From assembly GCA_903902515.1 (NCBI GenBank), contig CAIUVD010000069.1:11475-75474 (forward strand): 64,000 nucleotides of DNA, in the 5' to 3' direction. Positions 45,119-53,113 of the stretch are shown piece by piece (within the stretch, counting starts at the first letter, position 1; each line of letters begins with the position of its first letter). A model generated the notes under the pieces. That model saw only the letters and a list, made by a program, of their open reading frames with translations, had not been told where the DNA came from and did no database searches. Origin of the DNA: an uncultured Planctomycetota bacterium (GTDB lineage Bacteria; Planctomycetota; UBA11346). Both the position numbers and the translations under genes were made by a program.

Positions 45119-47077
45119 ATGACCGAGCGATTCCTCCGAGCCTGGCCCTTGGCGTTGGTGGCCGTTGGCCTTGGCACCGTCGGGCTTGTGATCTGGCGCT
45201 CACCGGAAGCGTCGTCCCCGGGCGCGTCTTCGGCTCCGGCCGTCGTCTCGGCTCCGGCCGCAGTTTCAGCCCCAGAGCCCACGTCCCGCGCCGTGGCCAC
45301 CTCCCAGGTGCCCCTCGACACCAACGATCCCCTCGCTCGCGCCGTCCGTGGTCATCCACGGCTCTTTGCGGGGGCCGGGGAGTTTACCCGCCTGGCGGCC
45401 AGCACCGATCCGGCGGTGCAAGAATCCCTGCGGGCTATCGCCGCCGAGGCAGCCTTTCTGCGTCAGCGTCCCCTGCTGGAGCGCAAGGTGGATGGCTTCC
45501 GCCTGCTGGCCGTCAGCCGTGCGGCGGTCCTGCGCGTTGGCACCCTGGCAGCGGCCTACCGCATGCTGGGTGACGGGGCCGCGGGCCAGGCGGCGCGGGA
45601 GAACCTTTTAGCCATCGCCCGTTTCAGCGATTGGAATCCGCAGCATTACTTGGACGTCGGCGAGATGACCCTTGCCGCCGCCCTGGGTTATGACTGGTGT
45701 CATGACCTGCTGACGGCGGAGGAGCGGGCCGAGGTTCGTGCCGCCATTGCCACCAAGGGCATCATGCCCTCGTTCGTGGAACCGGCCCCGTTCTGGGTTG
45801 CCGGTGTGACGAACTGGACCCAGGTGTGCCACGCCGGCCTGGTGGCCGGCGCCTTGGCCATCCACGAGGACGAGCCGGAGCTGGCCCGCCGTACGGTTTT
45901 GCGGGCCCTCCAGTACTTGCCGAAGGCCCAAGACGCCATCTATGACCCCACGGGGAATTATCCCGAGGGCCCCATGTACTGGGGATATGGCACCATCTAC
46001 AGCATCATCGCCAACGAGGCCCTGCGCTCCGTGGTGGGGGATGATGGCGGCCTAGGGCGGCATGCCGGCCTGTTGGCCAGCGGTCAATTCTTCGCCCACG
46101 GCCACGGCGTCACCGGACAGCCCTTCTGCTACGGGGACTGCTCCGCCTCGGCGCCAGCCTGGATGTACAATGCCGCGGGCCTGTCGTGGTTGGCCCGGGA
46201 GAATCGACAGGCGGCCCTCCTGCCGACCCCGCCCCGGCCGATGCTCAAGCCATCGGATGATGTCAATTTGCGCTTCCTGCCCTTCCTGCCCCTGTGGCTT
46301 TTGGATGGACCAGCGCCCGGGGAACCTCTCCCGCTCACCTATGTCGGTGGCGGGCTGCGCCAGGTGTGGATCAGTCGTCAGGCGTGGGGGAATCCTCACG
46401 CCGCCTACGTGGGGGTCACGGCGGGTTCTCCGGGGGATCACCATGGCCACATGGACACGGGCAGTTTCGTTTTCGAGCGGGACGGCGTCCGCTGGGCCCA
46501 TGACCTGGGCATGCACCCCTACGAGCCCCTCGAGAAAGGCGGGGTGAAGTTGTGGGACCTGTCCCAGGACAGCCCGCGGTGGACGGTCTTCCGCCTGGGA
46601 GCCGATGCCCACAACATCCTCCGCCTGCCCGGCGTCACCCAGCGGGTTCAGGGCCGTGCCACGTTGGTCCCGCGCCTGGAAGACCCCGCCTCCCCCGGCT
46701 GCGACCTCGATCTCACCTCCATCTATGCCCCCCAGGCGACCCGCGTACAGCGTCAGGTGCGCTTCCCCGAGCGCACCGCCCTGGAGGTCACGGACCGCGT
46801 TGAGGGCCTAGCGGTGACCGGCACCCTCCGCTGGCAGTTGCTGACCCGTGCTACGGTAACCGTGGATCCCGGTGGTCGGGTGGTGCATCTGCAGGAAGCC
46901 GGCAAGTCCCTCGACCTGACGGTGCTGGAACCGGCGACCGTGCGCCTGACCACGGCCCCGGCGGATCCCTACCTGCCCAGCGAACGCCCCAACCCCGGGT
47001 TCACCCGGGTCGCGGTGGAGGTGGATGGGGTCCAGGGAACGTCGGTGCAGGTGCGAGTCCGCCTCGCCCGGCCGTAA
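45119..47077 (+). CDS. Heparinase II/III-family lyase, paralog 3
   Basis: TM/signal anchor MTERFLRAWPLALVAVGLGTVGLVIW. Same domain order as paralogs 1 and 2. An alternative start at 45026 would add a basic N-terminal tail. Confidence 0.8.
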   Translation: MTERFLRAWPLALVAVGLGTVGLVIWRSPEASSPGASSAPAVVSAPAAVSAPEPTSRAVATSQVPLDTNDPLARAVRGHPRLFAGAGEFTRLAASTDPAVQESLRAIAAEAAFLRQRPLLERKVDGFRLLAVSRAAVLRVGTLAAAYRMLGDGAAGQAARENLLAIARFSDWNPQHYLDVGEMTLAAALGYDWCHDLLTAEERAEVRAAIATKGIMPSFVEPAPFWVAGVTNWTQVCHAGLVAGALAIHEDEPELARRTVLRALQYLPKAQDAIYDPTGNYPEGPMYWGYGTIYSIIANEALRSVVGDDGGLGRHAGLLASGQFFAHGHGVTGQPFCYGDCSASAPAWMYNAAGLSWLARENRQAALLPTPPRPMLKPSDDVNLRFLPFLPLWLLDGPAPGEPLPLTYVGGGLRQVWISRQAWGNPHAAYVGVTAGSPGDHHGHMDTGSFVFERDGVRWAHDLGMHPYEPLEKGGVKLWDLSQDSPRWTVFRLGADAHNILRLPGVTQRVQGRATLVPRLEDPASPGCDLDLTSIYAPQATRVQRQVRFPERTALEVTDRVEGLAVTGTLRWQLLTRATVTVDPGGRVVHLQEAGKSLDLTVLEPATVRLTTAPADPYLPSERPNPGFTRVAVEVDGVQGTSVQVRVRLARP

Positions 47078-47099
47078 GCTCACCAAGCGTGGGGAATCG

Positions 47100-47657
47100 A
47101 TGATACGTCAGATGGCCCACCTGCAGTTGATCACGGACCAGCCCGCAGCGCTGGTGGCGTTCTACACCGGGATCCTGGGTCTTTCCTTGGCCTTTACCGT
47201 GGATGATGACGCTATGCGGTCCTGCACGATGCCTTCAGCCCCACGGGTGGTCGGGAATTGACGGGTCTCCAGGTCGTGACGGGCTCGGATGAGCCTGGGG
47301 TCCATGGGGAGGCTCCCCCATTTCGGGAGGGATGGGATCCTGTGGCAGAGCCGCAGGCATGGCGCCTATCCCACGGTGCGTTTCCACCCCGTTACCACGG
47401 ATGGTATGAGCGGTGTTCAACGTGCGCCCGCCGGCCCTGGGTTCGCCGCCGCCATCGAAGCTCCGGAGAACCTCGAGTACCGGTGCGAGTATCTGCGACT
47501 TGTCGAGGGGCAGGTGCTCTTCTTTCCTATCGCAGGCAACATGCCCTACGGCCAATCCCTCGGCTACGGCAAGAGCTTGATGGACGACATCACGATGGAC
47601 CCGCCTCCGGGCATTCCGATTGACGGCCCAACGCCGTTCCCACGCGCCACCAATTAG
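47100..47657 (+). pseudogene. Frameshifted VOC (glyoxalase/bleomycin-resistance/dioxygenase) family gene remnant
   Basis: MIRQMAHLQLITDQPAALVAFYTGILGLSLAFTVDDDA is a good VOC N-terminus (ORF 47025..47261). The reading frame then breaks. Plausible continuations (GGRELTGLQVV..., ...EAPENLEYRCEYLRLVEGQVLFF...) lie in the other two frames (47258..47623, 47289..47657). Confidence 0.4.
47536..47657 (+). repeat. ~90-120-bp direct repeat, copy A (3' end of the VOC remnant)
   Basis: GGCAACATGCCCTACGGCCAATCCCTCGGCTACGGCAAGAGCTTGATGGACGACATCACGATGGACCCGCCTCCGGGCATTCCGATTGACGG... is ~85% identical to 49466-49585. Both copies are followed by TAGGACACG. Confidence 0.8.
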
Positions 47658-47941
47658 GACACGGCGTCATGCACGCCCGGGAGGCTTGCTAAGGCAGTCG
47701 GGCCACTCCAGGCTTGGTGCCAGAGGGGTCCTGGGGGAACGCCTCGGTGGGCATTGGCGCCCGCAACGGGCGCAGCGACGAACCCCATGCAAGGCCGGTG
47801 TGGTCCTGTTCCTCGGTGATGGGCGGCCGTGATCACGTCGGGTGGATCGTGTCCCTGTGCTGGGATCCTTCGGAAGAGGATTCCATGAACCATGGCGGGA
47901 TCTTCGCGTTTATCTGGAAGTCGACTTTCAGAGGACCGCAC

Positions 47942-48586
47942 ATGATCCGTACCATCGCCATCGCCATCGCCATGCTCCTCCTCCCCGTGCTGGAAGCTGT
48001 CGAGGAATCTGCCCCAAAGATATTCACGATTCACGATGGCCTGGAGAAAGCTTCGCAGCCTCTGCCCACCGTCCCGGCGGAAACCATCCTCCGTGATGTG
48101 GGGGGTGATCGCTTCGAATCCGCCTCTGATGGGACGGGACAGGCCTGGCTCCGGATGCCGCGCGATATCCACCCCGTGGTTCGGGCGGCTCATCTCGCCT
48201 TCGCCGACCATCGACCCCTGGCCCTCAGCCCCGATATCGTGTGGTTGCTAATGACCCAGATGGTGGCGCGCGAGGTCGTGGCCGATCCCGAACGGTTTCG
48301 GGGTATCCTTGTCTCCCATCAGGCAGGCCAGGAGGTGTTGGAAGTCAGGCGCGATGAATTTGTCCTGGGTGCTGCCACCAATGATTGGCCTGGGGTTTTC
48401 GCCGAATTCGAGGAACAGATCGTGGCCCGGGCGCATGATGGCGTGGCGTCCATTTTTTCTCACGCCTTCGCTTCAAGCCAGGCGACCGAGGTGGCGACGC
48501 GTCGGGTAACCCTCATGAAGACGGTCTCGCCCTTCTATCGCTATGAGGTGTACACCGAGTGTGGAATTCCTGAAATTCACCTCTAG
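47942..48586 (+). CDS. Secreted hypothetical protein, probable N-terminal half of a DUF4419-like gene
   Basis: Signal peptide MIRTIAIAIAMLLLPVLEA. Ends ...YTECGIPEIHL then TAG. GC ~55-58%, well below the window average. Confidence 0.5.
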   Translation: MIRTIAIAIAMLLLPVLEAVEESAPKIFTIHDGLEKASQPLPTVPAETILRDVGGDRFESASDGTGQAWLRMPRDIHPVVRAAHLAFADHRPLALSPDIVWLLMTQMVAREVVADPERFRGILVSHQAGQEVLEVRRDEFVLGAATNDWPGVFAEFEEQIVARAHDGVASIFSHAFASSQATEVATRRVTLMKTVSPFYRYEVYTECGIPEIHL

Positions 48587-48622
48587 GAAAGCCCACAGGA
48601 CTGGACCTGGATTCGGACGCAC

Positions 48623-49447
48623 ATGGGTCAGTTCGGAAAGCTTGGATTGGCAAAACGCATGCAGGCTCTCGAACCCGTGATCGACCAATGCGTGCTGGCG
48701 GCCGAAGGTGAGGGAAACCCATATTTTTGGCGGAATTTTTATAAGTATGAGTCCATGTCCGGGCATGACACCACTTCCGGCTGGATCAATCTCTTCTTCC
48801 TCAAGCACGAGGGCGACGTGGTGCCCTTCGACTGGGGGCAGAAACGCAATGAGGCTCCCCAAGAACTTGGCTTCCCGACGCAGGATGGCTTGCCCTACGA
48901 TTTGAACGAGGTGCCCCCGGCGTCGGTGGCGCAGGATTTCCTGTGGTTCTACCTGGGTCAGCGCTTGCCCATGATGTTGCGGGCGGGTTTTCTGGGCATT
49001 GAGCAGGATCCCCAGACGCTGGCCCTGCGCCCCCGTCTGGGATGGCAGGTGTTTGGTGTCCAGGACACGCCAGACCAACGATCCCTCCGGTCGTTTCTTG
49101 GGGATATACGGAGTCTGTGGGAGGTACTCCAGGGCCTCACCTACGACGCGGGCTCGAAATCCTTGCGGCGCGTTGCTCCGGGAGAGGCCTCGTATCTACC
49201 CCGGGAAGCTTGGCTGCTGATGCTGCCCATGATGACGGGTTTGGAGATCGCCGATTTGCCATTTCTCCATGATCATTACGCGGGTAAGAATTTTGATCCG
49301 TTGTCCGACCAGGCATTTTGTCGTGCCCTGGTGGCACTGCCCTCGGTCCGGCGGGTGGTGGCCACCCCGAACCTCTGCACCCCGGAATGTTGGGCCATTC
49401 TGCGCCAGCGTCAGGACTGGAAGCTGGCAGCCCCCGGGGAACCATGA
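48623..49447 (+). CDS. Hypothetical protein, probable C-terminal half of the same DUF4419-like gene (same frame, separated by a single TAG)
   Basis: Both tool ORFs are in the same reading frame (offset 1 mod 3). The 36-nt gap reads ESPQDWTWIRTH in that frame. GC ~52%. Confidence 0.5.
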   Translation: MGQFGKLGLAKRMQALEPVIDQCVLAAEGEGNPYFWRNFYKYESMSGHDTTSGWINLFFLKHEGDVVPFDWGQKRNEAPQELGFPTQDGLPYDLNEVPPASVAQDFLWFYLGQRLPMMLRAGFLGIEQDPQTLALRPRLGWQVFGVQDTPDQRSLRSFLGDIRSLWEVLQGLTYDAGSKSLRRVAPGEASYLPREAWLLMLPMMTGLEIADLPFLHDHYAGKNFDPLSDQAFCRALVALPSVRRVVATPNLCTPECWAILRQRQDWKLAAPGEP

Positions 49448-49465
49448 CCCTTGAGGGACCGTATC

Positions 49466-49585
49466 CCCGGGCAACGGGCCCTACAGCCAATCCCTGGGCT
49501 ACGGCAAGATACTCATGGAGGACATCACGATGGACCCGCCTCCGGGCATTCCGGTCGATGGGCCCCAATTCCTGCCACGGAGTAT
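49466..49585 (+). repeat. Direct repeat copy B
   Basis: GGCAACGGGCCCTACAGCCAATCCCTGGGCTACGGCAAGATACTCATGGAGGACATCACGATGGACCCGCCTCCGGGCATTCCGGTCGATGGG... Translates in-frame to ...GYGKILMEDITMDPPPGIPVDGPQF, versus ...GYGKSLMDDITMDPPPGIPIDGPTPF in copy A. Confidence 0.8.
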
Positions 49586-49805
49586 CAAGCTGGAACACGC
49601 AATTAGCCGATAGAGACCCATAGGACACGTCGGCTTTTGTCGTCCTGGCACCATCTTTCCCAGGGCACCCATCTGATGATGCAAAAACCGCAGGTGTGGT
49701 CCAGCTCCAAGGCGCGTGATGTGACGGCATGGCAGCGCCATGTCGAGTGTCGCGCAACGATGGAGATGGGCCGCAACAGCGGTTTTGGGGATCAACTGAA
49801 GTTGA

Positions 49806-50390
49806 TCAGACGGTAATCCCGGACCCCTTTCGCCGTGCCAGCAGCGCCTGACGCTGGCGGGCCACCGCACCATCTAGGTGGGCCGCCAGATCGTGCAGAC
49901 CCCGGCATACGGGGGGATCCGGTTCGACCCGCTGTCCGTGATGGTGCGGCTCGTCGCCAGCCAGCAGCAGGGATGACACTTGATGGAGGATGGGGAGGGC
50001 CTCACGGCAGCGGTCCCACAGGAGTTTCTGGGCCAGGGCATCCCGCAGGGTAGCCACCAAGTCCGTATCTGAGCACGGCTTCAGCAACAGACGAAACACG
50101 CGCCCTTGATTGATGGCCTTGCTCAGGTTGTGGATGGTGGTGCCACCCGTCAGCATGACGATGACGACTTCGGGATACATGGTATGCAGAATGCCGACCA
50201 AGTCGCTGCCCATCATCTCCGGCATCTGGTCATCCGTTAGTACGACATCGACAGGTTCGACCGCCAGTAACTCCAGGGCCGCCGCCGGAGATTCGGCGAC
50301 CAGGAGGCGAAAATCTGCCTGATCCAGCACGTGGGCCAGCCAGGCACGCACAGCGGCATCATCATCAACGATCAAGACGGTCTGGTACAT
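49806..50390 (-). CDS. Response regulator with CheY-like receiver domain and uncharacterised C-terminal domain
   Basis: MYQTVLIVDDDAAVRAWL...DVVLTDDQMPEMMGSDL...LKPC gives the receiver Asp pocket (DDD...D...K). No DNA-binding domain recognised. Confidence 0.75.
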   Translation of the reverse strand: MYQTVLIVDDDAAVRAWLAHVLDQADFRLLVAESPAAALELLAVEPVDVVLTDDQMPEMMGSDLVGILHTMYPEVVIVMLTGGTTIHNLSKAINQGRVFRLLLKPCSDTDLVATLRDALAQKLLWDRCREALPILHQVSSLLLAGDEPHHHGQRVEPDPPVCRGLHDLAAHLDGAVARQRQALLARRKGSGITV

Positions 50391-50530
50391 AGCATCCTGA
50401 GAGGAGATGGGCGTGTGCGGTGCATGCCCACGCGGTGGGCGGCATGGTGGAGGGAGCATACCTCAGGAAGCCGCCGTGCGGAAGACCACCTCCCTGGGCA
50501 GTGCGCCCACCCCATCTACCATGGCCCGTC

Positions 50531-51394
50531 ATGGTGAACGCCCTCCCCGTGCAGCCTCTCGGCGGACATTGGCGGCCCCAGCGGGCCCGGCGTGAGCTGA
50601 CGCCCCATTGGAACCACGGTCTTGAGGTTGTCGTCATCCGCGCCGGCCGTTTGTGTTGGATGGTGGACGGCGTGCCCGAGGACGTCGCCCCCGGGGATGC
50701 CTTCTTCACGTTGCCGTGGCAACGGCACGGCGGGGTCCAGCCCCTGCAGCCCAACAACGACCTGAGCTTCATCATCCTGCCCCTGGCCGCCGGGCACGGC
50801 CGACAGACGCCGCCGACCGATCTGCGCCTGCACCCGACCCTGGCGGGCGGACTGGCCCCCGCGGCTCAGGGCGAGGCCCTGGCCGTCCTCGCCGGCGCCA
50901 CGCGTCACGCCCTGCCGGCCCCGGCCCTGTTGACGCCCCTCGTGGAGCGTCTGGTGGACGCCGTGGCGGCAGGAACGTCGGCCGTGGTTCCCTCCCTGGC
51001 GGCCTTGGTCCTGTTGGAGATCGCCGCCGCCGTCCGTATCTCCGCCCAGGAACCGGGGCAGGACAGCACCCGGCGTCGGGTGCGGAGCTTCCTGATGACC
51101 TTGCCGGACCGTTGCCACGAACCCTGGACCCTGGCCACCATGGCAGGCCACTGCGGCCTGGCCCGTACGCGCTTTGCGGAATTGGTGGAGGAGGAGACCG
51201 GCGATCCGCCCCGTCGTCTGCTGCTACGCCTGCGGGCGGCACGCTTGGCGGACTTGCTGTCGACCTCCACGCGCTCGGTGTTGGAGCTGTCCCTGGACTG
51301 CGGCTTCAGTTCCGGTGCCCACGCCGCCCGTGTACTACGTCAGTTCCACGGTTGCCCACCGGCGACGTGGCGTCGTCGCGCCACGGGCGGATAG
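50531..51394 (+). CDS. AraC-family transcriptional regulator (cupin + HTH_AraC)
   Basis: Cupin-like N-terminus (GDAFFTLPWQRHGG). C-terminal AraC HTH (WTLATMAGHCGLARTRFAELVEEETGDPPRRLLLRLRAARLADLL...CGFSSGAHAARVLRQFHGCPPATW). Confidence 0.8.
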   Translation: MVNALPVQPLGGHWRPQRARRELTPHWNHGLEVVVIRAGRLCWMVDGVPEDVAPGDAFFTLPWQRHGGVQPLQPNNDLSFIILPLAAGHGRQTPPTDLRLHPTLAGGLAPAAQGEALAVLAGATRHALPAPALLTPLVERLVDAVAAGTSAVVPSLAALVLLEIAAAVRISAQEPGQDSTRRRVRSFLMTLPDRCHEPWTLATMAGHCGLARTRFAELVEEETGDPPRRLLLRLRAARLADLLSTSTRSVLELSLDCGFSSGAHAARVLRQFHGCPPATWRRRATGG

Positions 51395-51443
51395 CATTTA
51401 CCGCCGGCACCCCGGCGGCGACGGTCGTCCGTGACCTGGCATC

Positions 51444-53093
51444 GTGGGGGCCATGACCACCTCCCCCGCACCTGCTCCCCTCACCATCGCCATTCTGGGC
51501 TGCGGCCGACGTACGGGCGCCAAGGAAGGCTGGGCCATTGGCTACGCCCACGCCGATGGCTGGCGCGCCTGCGGCCGCCCGGTCCGGCTGTTGGCGGTCG
51601 ATCCCGATGCCGTGAATCGTGCGGCCTTCGCCCAGCATTTTGCGATTCCGGATGAGGATACCTATACCGATCTCGCCGCCGTGCTGGCGGCGGGGGTGCC
51701 TGATGGCGTCAGCGTGTGTACGTGGCCGGGCCTGCATGTGCCCCTGGCCCTCCAGGCCCTGGAGGCCGGGGTCCGTCGGGTGGTGATCGAAAAACCCGTG
51801 GCCCTCGATCTGGGCCAGGTGCGGCGGCTGACCGAGGTGGCCGATGCCGCCGGGGCCATCGTGGCGGTGGCCCATCAGCGGCGATACGAGGGGAATGTCG
51901 CCGTCCTGCGGGAATTGCTGGGGACCGGGGCCCTCGGGAAGGACCTGCGCCTGACGGCCCGGGTCGGCGATGGGTGGGATATCCTCTCCTGGACCAGTCA
52001 CTGGTTTGATCTTGCGGCGGACCTTTTGGGCGGAGCCCCGGAACGGGTCCTGGCGGGCCTGGCATGGTCCGGCCAACGCCGGTACGGCCATGCGGTCGAA
52101 GACGCCTCGGTGGTGCTGGCCACCTGGAAGGACGGCGCGACGGCGACCTTCCTCACCGGCCCCGGGATGCAGTTCGACGTGGAAGTCGCCGGCACCGAGG
52201 GAATCGCGCGCCTCGTCGGGGGCCACCTGGAACTTTGGGGTCGCCAGGGTAGCCGGGTCCTGCCCACCCCCGCAACCAAGCCCTTCGATCTTCTGATGAG
52301 TGAAGTCGTGGCCGCCGCCGAAGGTGGTCCCGAGCCCCGCTGCAGTTTGCGCCGCAGCGGTATCGGCACCGAACTGTGCTTCGCCGCCCAGGAATCCGCC
52401 CGGCGGCGGGCTTGGGTGGAGTTGCCCCTGCAGGTCCAATTCGCGCCGTTGGAAATCCTGGCTCATCCCACCGTCGGACCCGCCCAGGGGCGGCGAGTCC
52501 TGCTGCTGGCCGATGAGCACTTCGGCAGTGGCGGACGTGCGGGTTTGGCGGCGGCCCTCCAGCGGGTTACGGGACTGGTTCCGCAAGTCATCCACGCCGA
52601 GGAGCGCGGCCTGACCGCCGCCGACCTCGACCACGTCGACGCCGTGGTGATCTACCATACCCAGGAGCATGCCGATGCCGCCACTCAGGCGGCCCTGACG
52701 ACGTGGGTCGAGGGCGGTGGCCGCTTGGCCATCGTGCATGCCGGCCTGGGGGCCTGGCGTCACTGGGACACCTACCGGCAGTGGTGCGGCTGGGTCTGGG
52801 CCTGGGGTCGCTCGACCCATCCCATCGACGCCATGGTCCTCACCACGACCGCAACGGATCCCTTGTCCCTCGGCTTTCGCGAAGCCTGGCTACCTGCGGA
52901 TGAAGCCTTCATCCACCTGGAAGCGACGGCCCCGGTCGAGGTGGGCCTCACCGTCACCATTCCTGCGGGCACCTTCCCGGCAGCCTGGCGCTCCCAGGCC
53001 TGGCCCCAGGTGCGGGCCTGGATGCCGGGTCACCGGGGCGACCTGTGGTCCCTGCCCGTCCAGGAGGCGGGGTTGGCAGCCTTGGTGGGATGA
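51444..53093 (+). CDS. Fusion protein: Gfo/Idh/MocA-family NAD(P) oxidoreductase + ThuA-like (class-I glutamine-amidotransferase-like) domain
   Basis: N-terminal Rossmann fold LTIAILGCGRRTG...EKPVAL. C-terminal LLLADEHFGSGG...VVIYHTQE...GGGRLAIVHAG resembles ThuA/trehalose-utilisation proteins. Confidence 0.65.
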   Translation: MGAMTTSPAPAPLTIAILGCGRRTGAKEGWAIGYAHADGWRACGRPVRLLAVDPDAVNRAAFAQHFAIPDEDTYTDLAAVLAAGVPDGVSVCTWPGLHVPLALQALEAGVRRVVIEKPVALDLGQVRRLTEVADAAGAIVAVAHQRRYEGNVAVLRELLGTGALGKDLRLTARVGDGWDILSWTSHWFDLAADLLGGAPERVLAGLAWSGQRRYGHAVEDASVVLATWKDGATATFLTGPGMQFDVEVAGTEGIARLVGGHLELWGRQGSRVLPTPATKPFDLLMSEVVAAAEGGPEPRCSLRRSGIGTELCFAAQESARRRAWVELPLQVQFAPLEILAHPTVGPAQGRRVLLLADEHFGSGGRAGLAAALQRVTGLVPQVIHAEERGLTAADLDHVDAVVIYHTQEHADAATQAALTTWVEGGGRLAIVHAGLGAWRHWDTYRQWCGWVWAWGRSTHPIDAMVLTTTATDPLSLGFREAWLPADEAFIHLEATAPVEVGLTVTIPAGTFPAAWRSQAWPQVRAWMPGHRGDLWSLPVQEAGLAALVG

Positions 53094-53113
53094 CACCGTG
53101 CGGGTGGTGCTGC

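Noticed and set aside
47654-48211. 185-aa minus-strand ORF opposite the DUF4419-like gene
   Set aside because: Asp/Gly/His-rich low complexity with no signal. The plus-strand ORF has a signal peptide and a colinear continuation.
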